DNA of 64,000 nucleotides from contig CAZYOE010000001.1 of NCBI GenBank assembly GCA_964648725.1, positions 7,424 through 71,423 on the forward strand. Direction: 5' to 3'. The notes below the pieces were generated by a model. It made no database searches. It was not told the origin of the DNA and saw only the letters and a program-made list of their open reading frames with translations. Shown here one piece after another: positions 1 through 10,571 of the stretch (positions within the stretch are counted from its first letter, which is position 1; the number at the start of each line of letters is the position of its first letter). The DNA is from an uncultured Pseudobdellovibrionaceae bacterium (GTDB lineage Bacteria > Bdellovibrionota > Bdellovibrionia > Bdellovibrionales > Bdellovibrionaceae). A program made the translations under genes and the position numbers.

Positions 1-1
1 T

Positions 2-3000
2 ATGCAGAGCCAGAATCTAAACTCAGAAAATTCCGAATTTATCAACACAATGGTAAAAGCCGGAGCTGGTGCAGGAAAAACTTATGGATTGATCCATAAA
101 ATTGTGGATCTCGTGGGCGAGTACCAACATAAAAACCCAGGGACACTCCCGCGCTTTGTGGTCACCACCTTTACAAGAAAGGCCACGCAAGAAGTCCGAG
201 AGAGATTACTGTCTAAAGCTCTTGAGCTGAGAAAAAAAGATCCGGCCTTTGGTGAACTCTTTTTGAAGTTTTTGAAGAGTTCTGGTCATTTAATGGTTTC
301 AACAATTCACGGGGTCCTCAATCAATTCTTACGGCAACATGGCAGCTCCATCGGCCTCGATCCTGACTTCAAAGTTGTGGCCGAAGCAGAGTCCCTACTG
401 ACCACAATTCTCCACGAGTTATTAACAAATGACCCTGAAGTGATGGACATGGTCAAAAAATTTGGCTGGCGGCGACTAAAGATTTTTCTGCTGGAACACC
501 ATTGTGCCTCGATCTTAAATCCAAACATTAAGCCGCTTCCCGCTCCCATCTTTATTGCACATTGGAAGGGTTTGTTTGAGAGTATCCGACAAAATGTCGC
601 GGAACTTAAACCGCAAATCGAAACAATGCTGACCAAGTCAAAAAGTGAAGCCCTCAGAAAGTTTGGTGCAAGCCTGAGCGAACTTCAAAATTTACTAAGT
701 AGAAAAGATGACGAAGTCTGGATCACCTTAGAACAAATAAAATTCGTTTATCAGGCTATGCCCAAGAGTCTTGGAGCCATGACCAATTGGGATGACTCTG
801 CCAAAGAGCTTCGTAAACAAATTACTGAGAATCTCAAAGAACTCACCGAAGATCCTTGGACAGACCAGAAACGTTTTGAGGTGCATATCCAAGATCAAGA
901 CACTCTAGCCAACCTTGGCCACCGCTTTTCACAAATCTGGCTAAAACGAAAAATTGAAATGGCGGAATTAGAACTTGAAGATTTGGAGTTGCTTTCACTT
1001 TATATATTGCGAACCTTTCCTGAACAAACCAAAGCTTTTTCTGAAACTTGGAACTATTGGTTTATTGATGAATACCAAGATACAAGCCCCATTCAGGTGG
1101 AAATTTTGAATCATCTTATCGGAGCTTGTCCTCACTATGTGGTGGGTGATCCGCAACAATCAATTTACTTTTTCAGAGGTGCACGCAGTAAAGTTTTTCA
1201 TGAAAAACTCAGTAGATTCGCAGAAGGCGGCGCTAAAATTGAAGTCAAAAAAATCAATCGCCGTTCACTCACTCCCACGCTTTGTTTAATTAATGACCTT
1301 ATGGATACAGTTAATCCTCATCAGTTTACGGCGATGGATTCGCTCGAGGAGAGAAAGACAGATGCATTACTCGTTGGCCACTTTTATTTAGTACCGGAAG
1401 ACGAAACACTCCATCTTACCGGCATTGTGAGTGTTCTGAAAAACCTGCTAGAATCTGGCATACAGCCCAACTCCATTGCTCTTCTTTGCCGCGAGAATGC
1501 TGAGCTTCAAAAATTATTTAATGAACTACAAGCCGCCGGACTGCCCGCCCAGATTTCTTCCCAAGGACGCTTTTTAGCCGACCGTCAGGTTCGAGATGCT
1601 CTGGCCCTTTGGCATTTTTTAGTTAATCCCTTTAATGACACCAATCTTATTGAAGTTTTACGGACGACTGCCTTTAAAGTGTCTGATGATCTATTATTAG
1701 AAACAGCGCAACGTTCAACCTTTCCCCTCTGGAATGAATTCCGGCACCTCAACGAACCCTCTATTCAAAAGCTGCTAATGGGATTAGAGAAGCTCAATAC
1801 TCTCGGTCACATTGAAGCCTGGCAAGACCTAATATTGAATTCGTCGATGTTTAGTGAATGTTCTCAGAGTGACCCTAGCGGACGAAGGGAAGGAAATCTG
1901 TGGAAACTTATCACTCACATCAATGAGCAGTCGCGCCAAGGAATGTTAAACTACTCGGACCCAATGGAGATGGCTCTGCAAACCGATAGTAACAACGAAA
2001 ATGAAGCGCGATCTATTCGTGAGTCAAATCAGATTCAACTTATGACGATACACGACTCCAAAGGCCTAGACTTCGATCATGTGTTTTTGCCAATCTTAAA
2101 CCACACACGAAAAAAAGATGGCGCTGAATTTTGGACCACCGACCTAGAAAATCAACATTGGACAACATCAATGATTGATCCAAACACCCGCGAGACCGGA
2201 TCAAGCTACCACGCTCAATCAGTAGCCGATGAAGTTCACAACCTTTTAAGTGAGGAGTCGGAACGTCTATTTTATGTGGCGGTAACACGGACCCGAAAAG
2301 GACTTTACTTTTTCCCACCCAATGAAAGCCAACAGGTATCAGCTTCAGGATGGGCTCGCCATCTTCAAGACTTTCTCGCAAGAGGAGTCGGTCAATTTAT
2401 GAGCGAACAAGGCACCTATGAGTTTGTCATAAAAGATATAGAATCGGTATCTCAATCGAATTTGGCGACTACAACGAATATTATCAACTATCCCGAGCCA
2501 AAAGTGCTTACGGTCAAACCAGATACGAAGATTGAATCAAAATCAATTACCGCTCTTTTAAAGGAGGATGCCACCTTATCTTCAGCCGGTGCACCAAAAA
2601 ATAAAATTGAAGTCACCTTTATTGAGAGAGGAATTAAAACTCATCGACAGTTTGAAAGCTATTGCAGCTCTAAGGGGACCTCTGAAATTCCAGAAGAAAT
2701 AAAGTCATTTGTTGAAACTTCAAAAATTCCACTTCAGGATCTTCTTTCCTCGGGATTTCCTGAATGGACTTTTCAGGTTCAAACCCCAACAGCTATCGTG
2801 GAAGGGCAAATTGACCTTTGGGGACGCGATCGAAACGGACAGGTTTGGATAGTTGATTACAAAACCGGTTCTGCTGACTTTCAAGAAAAGGCCTTTAGCC
2901 AAATGCGTCTCTATGCGTGGGCATTACGTAAAACAAAACAAGTCCACCCTAACGAGATTGTACAACTAGCCGTCTGCTATCCACTTTCCAATCAAATCTT

Positions 3001-3046
3001 TATGCGCGAAATTTCCCCCGATGAGCTAAATCAAGTGAAATTATAA
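2..3046 (+). CDS. UvrD/AddA-family ATP-dependent helicase with C-terminal PD-(D/E)XK (RecB-type) nuclease domain
   Basis: 1014-aa ORF. Helicase motifs: Walker A GAGAGKTYG, FIDEYQDT, VGDPQQSIYFFRGA, TIHDSKGLDFDHVF, FYVAVTRTRKGLYF. C-terminal nuclease motif GQIDLWGRD...VWIVDYKTG. The ATG at 2-4 may be the true start. Confidence 0.85.
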   Translation: MQSQNLNSENSEFINTMVKAGAGAGKTYGLIHKIVDLVGEYQHKNPGTLPRFVVTTFTRKATQEVRERLLSKALELRKKDPAFGELFLKFLKSSGHLMVSTIHGVLNQFLRQHGSSIGLDPDFKVVAEAESLLTTILHELLTNDPEVMDMVKKFGWRRLKIFLLEHHCASILNPNIKPLPAPIFIAHWKGLFESIRQNVAELKPQIETMLTKSKSEALRKFGASLSELQNLLSRKDDEVWITLEQIKFVYQAMPKSLGAMTNWDDSAKELRKQITENLKELTEDPWTDQKRFEVHIQDQDTLANLGHRFSQIWLKRKIEMAELELEDLELLSLYILRTFPEQTKAFSETWNYWFIDEYQDTSPIQVEILNHLIGACPHYVVGDPQQSIYFFRGARSKVFHEKLSRFAEGGAKIEVKKINRRSLTPTLCLINDLMDTVNPHQFTAMDSLEERKTDALLVGHFYLVPEDETLHLTGIVSVLKNLLESGIQPNSIALLCRENAELQKLFNELQAAGLPAQISSQGRFLADRQVRDALALWHFLVNPFNDTNLIEVLRTTAFKVSDDLLLETAQRSTFPLWNEFRHLNEPSIQKLLMGLEKLNTLGHIEAWQDLILNSSMFSECSQSDPSGRREGNLWKLITHINEQSRQGMLNYSDPMEMALQTDSNNENEARSIRESNQIQLMTIHDSKGLDFDHVFLPILNHTRKKDGAEFWTTDLENQHWTTSMIDPNTRETGSSYHAQSVADEVHNLLSEESERLFYVAVTRTRKGLYFFPPNESQQVSASGWARHLQDFLARGVGQFMSEQGTYEFVIKDIESVSQSNLATTTNIINYPEPKVLTVKPDTKIESKSITALLKEDATLSSAGAPKNKIEVTFIERGIKTHRQFESYCSSKGTSEIPEEIKSFVETSKIPLQDLLSSGFPEWTFQVQTPTAIVEGQIDLWGRDRNGQVWIVDYKTGSADFQEKAFSQMRLYAWALRKTKQVHPNEIVQLAVCYPLSNQIFMREISPDELNQVKL

Positions 3047-3148
3047 AATGACCGAACGACGAGTGTTCCTAGAACTTCATTTGGCTGACTTTTTTTGGGG
3101 ATTTGCCTTTGTGGCCGTTCGCAACACCACCGGCTATGCAATCTTACT

Positions 3149-4507
3149 TTATGCGGCATTTGCCTTGAGGAGAGCTTTGTTGCGACCAGATCGTTTCGCC
3201 TCATATAGTGCTTGATCCGCAGTTCCAATTAACTCCGTCGGGGTTCTACCATGCAAAGGAAAGATGCTAAGACCGATACTAGCGGTGATTCGAAGAGGGT
3301 GATCGATTCCAGGAACAGCAATAGCCAGAGCCTCAATGGTTTGTCGGAGTCTTTCGCCAATCGAGAGAATATTTGATTCATCAATATCAGGAAGAATAAG
3401 TGCAAATTCTTCACCCCCATATCGTGCGGGGACATCCGTGGAACGGCAGAAGTTCTTTAAACAAAGAGACGCTGCTTTCAATACTATATCGCCAACAAGA
3501 TGACCATAAGTATCATTCACCTTCTTGAAATGATCGATATCCAAAAGTAAAAGCCCCAATGTTTTCTTTCGTTCACCATGCTCACGTAATTCATTCTCTA
3601 GTCGAACCTTGAAGTAACGATGATTATAAAGGTCTGTCATTTCATCCGTCATGGCCTTTTTAAATAACTCACGGTTATCCATAGAAAAGCTCAACGGCTC
3701 ACAAATCGTTTCAAGCAAGTTTTCATCCTCGTATGAAAAATCAATTCTCTTTGCAAAGACAAAGAACTTCTGTCGATCTGAATCATCGAGGTATCTGAAA
3801 CTCAGCCAGGTATAACCGCCAAGTTGCTGATGGGACAACTCATTGGCCAACAGTTGGGGTTTCACTAGCTCCGAAAGATCTCTGATTTCTTTTTGATTAA
3901 GCTCACCATTATCAGAGTAAGCAAATAAAATTGGAGATGCATTGATAGTTTCTTGCCGCAAATACATGGCGAAATCAATCTTCAGTATTCCGGCCAAGTG
4001 AGCAAACAAATTACGCAGCATCACCAATGGATCATCGAATGTCGTTGTTCTCTCGAGGACATCCCGAATGAGGGAGATCTGAAAGAGATGTTGATCCAAT
4101 GCTTTAATAGTTTCTTCTTTTTTCAAAAGTTCCTCATGATATTTGCGATTAAGCACGTCTTCTAAAGAAACATCTTTTAAATAAACAAGCACACGAACAA
4201 ACCCATCCAGATCACGAATGCTTTTCCAAGTGATTTGCATTCTTCCTTCGCGGGTCTTAGTCTTAAACTGAGCTTCTCGGACCGGAGACTCCAGGAGTGC
4301 CTTGGTACCGGATTTTACGCGATCCCAATCAAACTCCTCGATATGTACTAACTCAAATATTTTCTTTTTTCGAATTCCCGCAAGAGAGGTTTCTTCAACA
4401 AGGTTAGCGAAACTCGGATTAAAATACACGGGCTGAAGCTCTTCATTGAGAATGCAGATAGCATCCACGAAGTTTTCAAAAATGTCTGGCTTCAACTCGA
4501 ATTTCAC
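3149..4507 (-). CDS. Diguanylate cyclase: PAS/GAF-like N-terminus + GGDEF domain
   Basis: 452-aa ORF with GTG start behind an AAGGTGG SD. DIDHFKKVNDTYGH; active-site GGEEF preceded by an I-site RSTD (RxxD, 5 aa upstream). Confidence 0.85.
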   Translation of the reverse strand: MKFELKPDIFENFVDAICILNEELQPVYFNPSFANLVEETSLAGIRKKKIFELVHIEEFDWDRVKSGTKALLESPVREAQFKTKTREGRMQITWKSIRDLDGFVRVLVYLKDVSLEDVLNRKYHEELLKKEETIKALDQHLFQISLIRDVLERTTTFDDPLVMLRNLFAHLAGILKIDFAMYLRQETINASPILFAYSDNGELNQKEIRDLSELVKPQLLANELSHQQLGGYTWLSFRYLDDSDRQKFFVFAKRIDFSYEDENLLETICEPLSFSMDNRELFKKAMTDEMTDLYNHRYFKVRLENELREHGERKKTLGLLLLDIDHFKKVNDTYGHLVGDIVLKAASLCLKNFCRSTDVPARYGGEEFALILPDIDESNILSIGERLRQTIEALAIAVPGIDHPLRITASIGLSIFPLHGRTPTELIGTADQALYEAKRSGRNKALLKANAA

Positions 4508-4649
4508 CTACAAACCACCTTATGATACAAACTCTACATCGGAAATTTTGGAAACTTCTTAATACTTCCGAAAGAAATCTAGACTCACTTTTCCAGCTTT
4601 TAGTCTATCGTTTTTTTCTAGGTGGATTCTTTTGAAAAATGGCCAAATT

Positions 4650-4693
4650 CAAGGCGGCAAGGAGAAGGGCTAGGAGCTAAATGGAAATGGTAT
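4650..4693. repeat. Short copy of an intergenic repeat shared with 46321..46450
   Basis: caaggcggcaaggagaagg (4650-4668) is identical to 46321-46339, and ctaaatggaaatggtat (4677-4693) to 46434-46450. The ~86-nt GC-rich insert and the left arm of the long copy are absent here. Confidence 0.7.
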
Positions 4694-4775
4694 GAATTGA
4701 GGATAACAATCAACAAGAATTAGCAAGCGAGACGGAAGCGACCAAAGGCCTCGATCGGAATTTCAATCTTCGAGA

Positions 4776-6560
4776 TCAGCTGACTGAACTTTGCGGGCCA
4801 GCACCAGAAGCTCCGTTGTTGTACCAGTCAACCATGATTGGATTGAGCTCACGCACATATGGAACAACTATTTCAAATATTGTACCTTGGCCAAATACCG
4901 ACTTCACTGAAATCGTTCCGCCCATGCTCTTTATGGTTTTCAGCACCGCCGTCATTCCAATGCCACGTCCGAAAGAAACTGTTGCAGTATCGCGAGTTGA
5001 AAATCCCTGATCAAAAATATGGCTAATAACTTGTTCATCGGATTCAGTCGAGGTGTCGATGCCTTTTTCGGAAAGGCGGCTTCTAATCGCCGAAGGATCA
5101 ATTCCGCGCCCATCATCGCTAATGGTAATTTGTAACATTTGAGTTTTATCTCGGAAGTTTTCCAATATTTCCAAATTAACCACAACTTTACCTCTCAACT
5201 CTTTGTGAATAGCCTGACGTTCTTCAGTGGATTCTATTCCGTGGTCCAAAATATTATTGAAAATATGAACCAATTGCTCAAAGAGACCAGTATAGAATTC
5301 GGGGATCACCCGTATTTTGCGAGAGTCGAGAACTCTAAAGTCTATATTCTTATCCTGAATCAAAGATTGGGAGTATACATTGGCTTCAATAGGCGCAAAC
5401 AAGCTTGCAAAAGGAACGGCTACTATTTCGTCAACATAGTACTTCAAAAGGTCAGTTAGACCCATCTTCAAAAGTTCCGAACAAAACTTATAAATATTGT
5501 TAGTAGGAATCTCTTTCATCACCGCGGGCTTATTGTCAAAAGTGAATATACGACGATGCTTTTGCAGGAATTCCTCTAAAGATTCATGCAGTTCCTGACC
5601 AAGCAAGTGAATGAGGGTTTCGCTCTCCTGCAAATTGGTATTCATTTTACAGAACATTAAAATTTTGTCTTCGGTTTGGTGAATTTTATACCCTAATGAA
5701 TACATTGAAAGAGTATTTAAGCCGCCCTTCAAAGTATGCAGCTCACGAGTCAAAGAATTAAACTGCTCCTGCCAGTCACTTGGGTTAAATGCCCAAGACT
5801 TCATGGAATCCGCAATTTCTCGAGTCATCTGAATCATTCGAACAAAGTTCGGCTTATTGTTAAGATACTTAATGACCATATCTGTAAACAGCTTTTGTTC
5901 ACCAAGTTTTCGTTCAGCCTCTGTTCTTTCCGAGACATCGATCAGTATAACAACAACTTCAACGATTTTACCATCTTCAATATTTCTAATCGGTTTGAAC
6001 TTAATTTCTATTCTCCGCTGCCCCTCTGAATTATTGAGTTGCTTAGGCGCTAAATCGATTAAGTCTTCAAAGGGAATTACTTCCCTAAACACCATACTAA
6101 GCCACTCATCAAATGAATCGCGATCCTCAGCAGAAATTTGTAAGATCTCCGCCAAGTGCTCACCAACAGGCTCTCGCCCAAGGAAGTTTTTGGCAGCGAG
6201 GGAAACAATCTGGCCACAGATTCCTTCATGGTCAATAACAAGGAAGCCTTCATCAAGGCTATTAACCATCGCAGTTATAGCCTGGTTGATGTGGCGAAAC
6301 TTTTCATTCGCCTCATAAAGTTCTTTTGTTGAAACTTCTAAACTTCGGTTCGCCAATTCCAGCATTGTCACGTTCTGTGAATACGAGTTGTCGATGCTGT
6401 CAAGAAAGTGACCAAACACACTAAACCGCTCAAGCCAAGTCTCAACATCAGCGATAGGTTGACCAGCTTTGATTTGCTCACTCAACTTAAGTATTTCGGA
6501 TTCAAAGTCCTCTGAACTAAGAGTTTTCTTGATCTGTCGTAGAAGTTTTTTGCTTCTCAT
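4776..6560 (-). CDS. CheA-type histidine kinase core with PAS and HPt domains, lacking a CheW-like (P5) domain
   Basis: 594-aa ORF. PAS-like segment (LDEGFLVIDHEG...), HPt motif ELHTLKGG, CheA-like N box NNILDHGIE, DDGRGID, GFSTRD...GRGIGMTAV. The ORF ends directly after the ATPase domain. Confidence 0.75.
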   Translation of the reverse strand: MRSKKLLRQIKKTLSSEDFESEILKLSEQIKAGQPIADVETWLERFSVFGHFLDSIDNSYSQNVTMLELANRSLEVSTKELYEANEKFRHINQAITAMVNSLDEGFLVIDHEGICGQIVSLAAKNFLGREPVGEHLAEILQISAEDRDSFDEWLSMVFREVIPFEDLIDLAPKQLNNSEGQRRIEIKFKPIRNIEDGKIVEVVVILIDVSERTEAERKLGEQKLFTDMVIKYLNNKPNFVRMIQMTREIADSMKSWAFNPSDWQEQFNSLTRELHTLKGGLNTLSMYSLGYKIHQTEDKILMFCKMNTNLQESETLIHLLGQELHESLEEFLQKHRRIFTFDNKPAVMKEIPTNNIYKFCSELLKMGLTDLLKYYVDEIVAVPFASLFAPIEANVYSQSLIQDKNIDFRVLDSRKIRVIPEFYTGLFEQLVHIFNNILDHGIESTEERQAIHKELRGKVVVNLEILENFRDKTQMLQITISDDGRGIDPSAIRSRLSEKGIDTSTESDEQVISHIFDQGFSTRDTATVSFGRGIGMTAVLKTIKSMGGTISVKSVFGQGTIFEIVVPYVRELNPIMVDWYNNGASGAGPQSSVS

Positions 6561-6565
6561 TAGCG

Positions 6566-7714
6566 TTAATCACTCTCTGCAAAATAGCTTACTGTCATTG
6601 TTTGATTATGAAGTTTACAATCAGAAACAAAACCAAAAGGGCAAATCTCGCCGTAGGAATAAAATCCAGTCACTGTACCCTGCTGCATTACAGACTGAAC
6701 GGCATCAACTTCTTCTTCGATGTCATCCGCCATTACAAGTTTTCGACCAACGCAGCTAACGAGAATTGCAAATGCATCGTCAGGCTTGCGGTCACCCATA
6801 GCACTAAGGGCCCATTGAGCTGCGCCTGAAGCACCATTCACCAAATTTGCAGTCTTGGCGCTCATCAAACGAACGGTGCTGTTTTCAGGCATATCACCGG
6901 CAAAAGTGAGAGATCCTTCTTTTTCATCAACAGCTAAAATAGTTCGAATCAACCCAGTTTGGTCCCCGTTTTCTTTAAGAATTGCGAAAGGGAAAAGTAG
7001 CCCTGAAGCAGGAAGCCCTTTTGCATGATCACCAAGATATTTTTTATAAAGAGCAAGAGCTGGTTCTCCATCTAAAGTAAAAAGTACGTTTCCTTTAGAC
7101 TTAGTCACACGGCGAACTGGTCCGAACGGTTCCCAGCCTCCCATCGAGCCAAAGCCAATCCTCAACGCATTTCCATAAAATGCAATTCCTGCTGTAATAT
7201 TGGCGCCAACTTTTTCATTGCAAACAACATAAGTTCTTTGAAAGGCACCAGCATCACCAGCGAGTCCGCCCGTAATAACGGTGTCATTATTTACATTTTC
7301 TTTCATACCAGCAATAAGATCACTACCGTTGACATTTACACCTTGCGAGAGCACAAAAATTCCGTTCAAACCTTCTTTTTTAAACTTGCTCGTCAAAGTT
7401 TTTCCTGAATTTCTAGAGTCCTCTAGGCCTTTGATTTCGCACCAAGCTGCTTTCAAATTAGGTCGCTTCAAGTTTACACCAGTTATAATCAAACGATGAT
7501 CATAAACACCATCATTTGAAATTTCACCAGCGGTTGAACAGCCAATCACTTCTGCATTTGGAAAAATTGATTTAACACGAGCACCCAAATCTCCAGTTTC
7601 GAAATACGAAGGATGTCCAAATACCGTAACCCAATTCGGTTGCAATGCTTGAACTTTGGCAAGATCTGCCGCTGAAAAGTCCTTTTTCGTCAATGTGACT
7701 TGGCACGTTTTCAT
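6566..7714 (-). CDS. FIST-domain sensory protein
   Basis: 382-aa ORF with FIST_N-like GCSTAGEI and FIST_C-like GFYSYGEICP motifs. 5-nt gap to the kinase gene. Confidence 0.7.
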   Translation of the reverse strand: MKTCQVTLTKKDFSAADLAKVQALQPNWVTVFGHPSYFETGDLGARVKSIFPNAEVIGCSTAGEISNDGVYDHRLIITGVNLKRPNLKAAWCEIKGLEDSRNSGKTLTSKFKKEGLNGIFVLSQGVNVNGSDLIAGMKENVNNDTVITGGLAGDAGAFQRTYVVCNEKVGANITAGIAFYGNALRIGFGSMGGWEPFGPVRRVTKSKGNVLFTLDGEPALALYKKYLGDHAKGLPASGLLFPFAILKENGDQTGLIRTILAVDEKEGSLTFAGDMPENSTVRLMSAKTANLVNGASGAAQWALSAMGDRKPDDAFAILVSCVGRKLVMADDIEEEVDAVQSVMQQGTVTGFYSYGEICPFGFVSDCKLHNQTMTVSYFAESD

Positions 7715-7732
7715 TAATTCCTCCCTGGAAAG

Positions 7733-8242
7733 TTATTGCCGATGAAGAACTAATTCGATTATGGCCTGCTCACCATCTAGATCATATTTCATGATTAGCT
7801 TTTGACCACTCAGAGCACTCACAACTGAATGATTGTCTCCGATGATCACCACGGGTAAGCACATTTGATAATGGTAACCTTGTAGATTCAAATCTTCTTT
7901 CGCAATACCATGAATAACATTTGCGAGTTCTGCAACTCCGCCAATGACTCGATTATCTAGCACAGATAGTTCTTCGCCGTAAATTCGGCTTAGGAGCCTC
8001 AAGATTGATTCTTGCCTGAATCGGATGGCCAAAGTTCCTTCAACCGATTCTTGAATAAAAGCAATGATCCCAGAAATTTCATAACGATCGCTCAGTGCCC
8101 TATCGCACTTTTCTGAGTGCTGCAGAACAGGTGTGAATCCCATGAACGAACTGAACGTCTCGACGACAGCCTTATCTATGATCTTCACCATAGTCTCATC
8201 AAAAGTCAGATGGGGTTCGTTTAACTTTAGTGCAGCACTCAT
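7733..8242 (-). CDS. CheX-like (CheC/CheX family) putative CheY-P phosphatase
   Basis: 169 aa. Size and the pattern VETFSSFMG...GGVAELANVIHGIAKE...LPVVIIG resemble CheX. Sits between the CheY-like and FIST genes. Confidence 0.55.
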   Translation of the reverse strand: MSAALKLNEPHLTFDETMVKIIDKAVVETFSSFMGFTPVLQHSEKCDRALSDRYEISGIIAFIQESVEGTLAIRFRQESILRLLSRIYGEELSVLDNRVIGGVAELANVIHGIAKEDLNLQGYHYQMCLPVVIIGDNHSVVSALSGQKLIMKYDLDGEQAIIELVLHRQ

Positions 8243-8264
8243 TGTCTATCCTCGTATTCCAAGG

Positions 8265-8669
8265 TTAAGCAGCGCTAGTAGAAGTTAATATTCTTTCAAT
8301 TTTACTAGCCAACTGCCGTGGAGAAAACGGCTTTATCACGTAATCAGACACCCCTGCTTTTAACGCGGTCACAACGCTCTTTTGCTCACGTTCAGCAGTT
8401 ATCATAATGAAAGGAAGGCTCTTCAAATTGGCATCAGCCTTACATTTTTGAACAACTTCAATTCCAGTCATCTTAGGCATGTTCCAGTCCAAGAAAACTA
8501 AATCAAAGGGCTGACCAGACTCCTTAGCCTTCGATATTTTTTCGAAAGCATCGAGACCATCAACTGCTTCAGTCAAATCAGTATAACCTAATTGCTTCAA
8601 AGCCTGCTTAAGTAGGGAACGAATCATTTCAAAGTCGTCTACTAATAGGATTCTAAGTTGCTTACTCAT
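8265..8669 (-). CDS. CheY-like single-domain response regulator
   Basis: 134 aa. ILLVDD, acceptor context LVFLDWNMPKMTG, ITAE, KPF. First gene of the operon. Confidence 0.9.
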   Translation of the reverse strand: MSKQLRILLVDDFEMIRSLLKQALKQLGYTDLTEAVDGLDAFEKISKAKESGQPFDLVFLDWNMPKMTGIEVVQKCKADANLKSLPFIMITAEREQKSVVTALKAGVSDYVIKPFSPRQLASKIERILTSTSAA

Positions 8670-9006
8670 TTATCCTCCATCCTCTCGAGACATAGTTCAT
8701 TGCGCTAAATAAAAATTATCATATTCCTTCACTACTCACAGGGCTAATTTTAAAATCCCTACTAAGTGCCAGGCTTGCTTTGATTCAAATTGGCAAAGCA
8801 AGCCCTCAGTCCAGACATCGGCATACGACGTGCAAAACTAAACAATATGGCGAAAAAAAATTTCCTTCAGATCAATAGAGAATTCTTCAAATTGTCAATT
8901 TCTGACCGTTTGTAGAGATTTTAGTCAGTTAGATTGGAGAATCTGGCCTTTTTGTACCAATTAAGGGCGGCATTAAGAATGCATTATAAACAATTGGAGG
9001 AAATCA

Positions 9007-10026
9007 ATGAAATCACTGTACCTATCAACATTTTTTATTTTCATCAGTTTTAGTGCCAACACCGGATTAGCAAAAGTAAGCAGTGAATTTACCAAAACGA
9101 CACTCGGACGAAAGTCCAGCCAAATCACCAAGCCACAGTCCAAAAAACGAAGGAAACTCTACTTGAACTTTTCTGGTGCGACGTCTAGTGCCGAAGGCGA
9201 AGAACAAGCTCAAACCACGGATAGTTCTGATGGTAACACTAGTAGAGTAGTGCATGGAGATTCGAAGATATCAGCTCCACCAGAAAATAAAATTGGATTT
9301 ACAAATCAAATACAAGTTGGCTACAGTAATTCCGCTTACCGCTATGCCGGTGAAAACTACCCTTCAAAAAGCTTCGATTTTGCTTTAGCTCCAACTTTTG
9401 AAACAACCTGCTTTGGAATTAAGTGTATTTATTTGACTAAAATCGTCGGCGGTCTTGATCTCAACAACAAAAATAAAAATGAATTAGCTATGATCCAGTT
9501 TGGTCTTAAATTCCCCGGAGATCCTTGGGGTGGCTATCTGGCACCGGCCTATTCCTTACTTGGTTACTTACCCGCCACCCCAAAAGAGATCAACGATGAG
9601 CACATGATGTATGGCGCGGGCGGTGCTTTCGGTTTAGCTACGACCCCTGAACTTATGGGTACTGAGTTTGTGGTATTTACTGGGTCGTTGAGCTTCAGAA
9701 AAAACATTCACGAAGAACCGCTAGTGGCTCAAACTGACTGGACCTCTCGCCAGGCCATCATCACGGACCTTAACTTTACAAAGACGTTTGGAGCCACTCT
9801 TGTCTTTGGCCATATCTACAGTATTGGCTATGATAAAACCGAAATAGAGATCACCGAACTCATTCAGGGATTACGATGGCAAACCACGGACTGGCTTGAG
9901 CTTAGTGTCTCCCATAGTAATACTGGACCAATGTTTAAGGGTGAAGGCACTCAGCTAAATACTGACGTGATTAGTATTGATAACTCGGTTGTTTCGTTTG
10001 GTGTTGGGATCACAAACAGTTTTTAA
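9007..10026 (+). CDS. Secreted / outer-membrane protein, unknown function
   Basis: 339 aa. SD TGGAGGA upstream. Signal peptide MKSLYLSTFFIFISFSANTGLA. Ends ...GITNSF (C-terminal Phe, beta-barrel-like). Confidence 0.5.
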   Translation: MKSLYLSTFFIFISFSANTGLAKVSSEFTKTTLGRKSSQITKPQSKKRRKLYLNFSGATSSAEGEEQAQTTDSSDGNTSRVVHGDSKISAPPENKIGFTNQIQVGYSNSAYRYAGENYPSKSFDFALAPTFETTCFGIKCIYLTKIVGGLDLNNKNKNELAMIQFGLKFPGDPWGGYLAPAYSLLGYLPATPKEINDEHMMYGAGGAFGLATTPELMGTEFVVFTGSLSFRKNIHEEPLVAQTDWTSRQAIITDLNFTKTFGATLVFGHIYSIGYDKTEIEITELIQGLRWQTTDWLELSVSHSNTGPMFKGEGTQLNTDVISIDNSVVSFGVGITNSF

Positions 10027-10144
10027 TGCGTCAAAAAATATAATCCCAATTTGGAACAATTTACTCTCTTTTATTGGGTGAATCGCTTATTGTGGTTATC
10101 CTATTACCGATGGCTATTTATCCAAAATAGGGGGCAACGCGCTT

Positions 10145-10561
10145 ATGAAACAATTGTTTTCAATCACCTTGGTTTTTCTCTTTTCCCTGATGACTTTCGC
10201 CGAAACAGATCAGGCCGTCGATAACTCACTTAAAGACACCAAAGATCTATTAAAAGATAAAACCCAAAGAGAGGCTGTCTTTAAAAAGGACGCCAAAGCT
10301 AAAGCGGCTGATGATACCGTTCAAAACCTCACTGGAGGAGATGCAGCTCAAACACAGCAGGTTTACGACATTTCAGCGGATGCATTTGCTGCGATCATGC
10401 AAAGCGTTGGTAACGACCCTAATAAAGCAATGGAACTTCTGCAAAAAGCCCAAGGTAATCCCGAAGCTTTTTATAATAGTTTACCCAATGACGTACGAAT
10501 AAAAATTCGCGGCGTTGCCAGTGAGATCGAAAAAAAGGGTGCAGCAAAGAGTAAACCCTAG
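10145..10561 (+). CDS. Small secreted protein, unknown function
   Basis: 138 aa; signal peptide MKQLFSITLVFLFSLMTFA; AGGGGG SD. Confidence 0.5.
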   Translation: MKQLFSITLVFLFSLMTFAETDQAVDNSLKDTKDLLKDKTQREAVFKKDAKAKAADDTVQNLTGGDAAQTQQVYDISADAFAAIMQSVGNDPNKAMELLQKAQGNPEAFYNSLPNDVRIKIRGVASEIEKKGAAKSKP

Positions 10562-10571
10562 GCTCTAAAGT

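Noticed and set aside
8757-8771. Perfect -24-like TGGCAC (minus strand) upstream of the CheY-like gene.
   Set aside because: The position 10 nt after the GG reads GG, not GC, and there is no TTGC-type -12 element. It is not a credible sigma-54 promoter.
8771-8804. 11-bp inverted repeat ggcttgctttg / caaagcaagcc in the cheY / 9007 divergent region.
   Set aside because: It cannot be a terminator because both flanking genes diverge from it. It may be an operator, but there is no second copy or partner regulator to support this.
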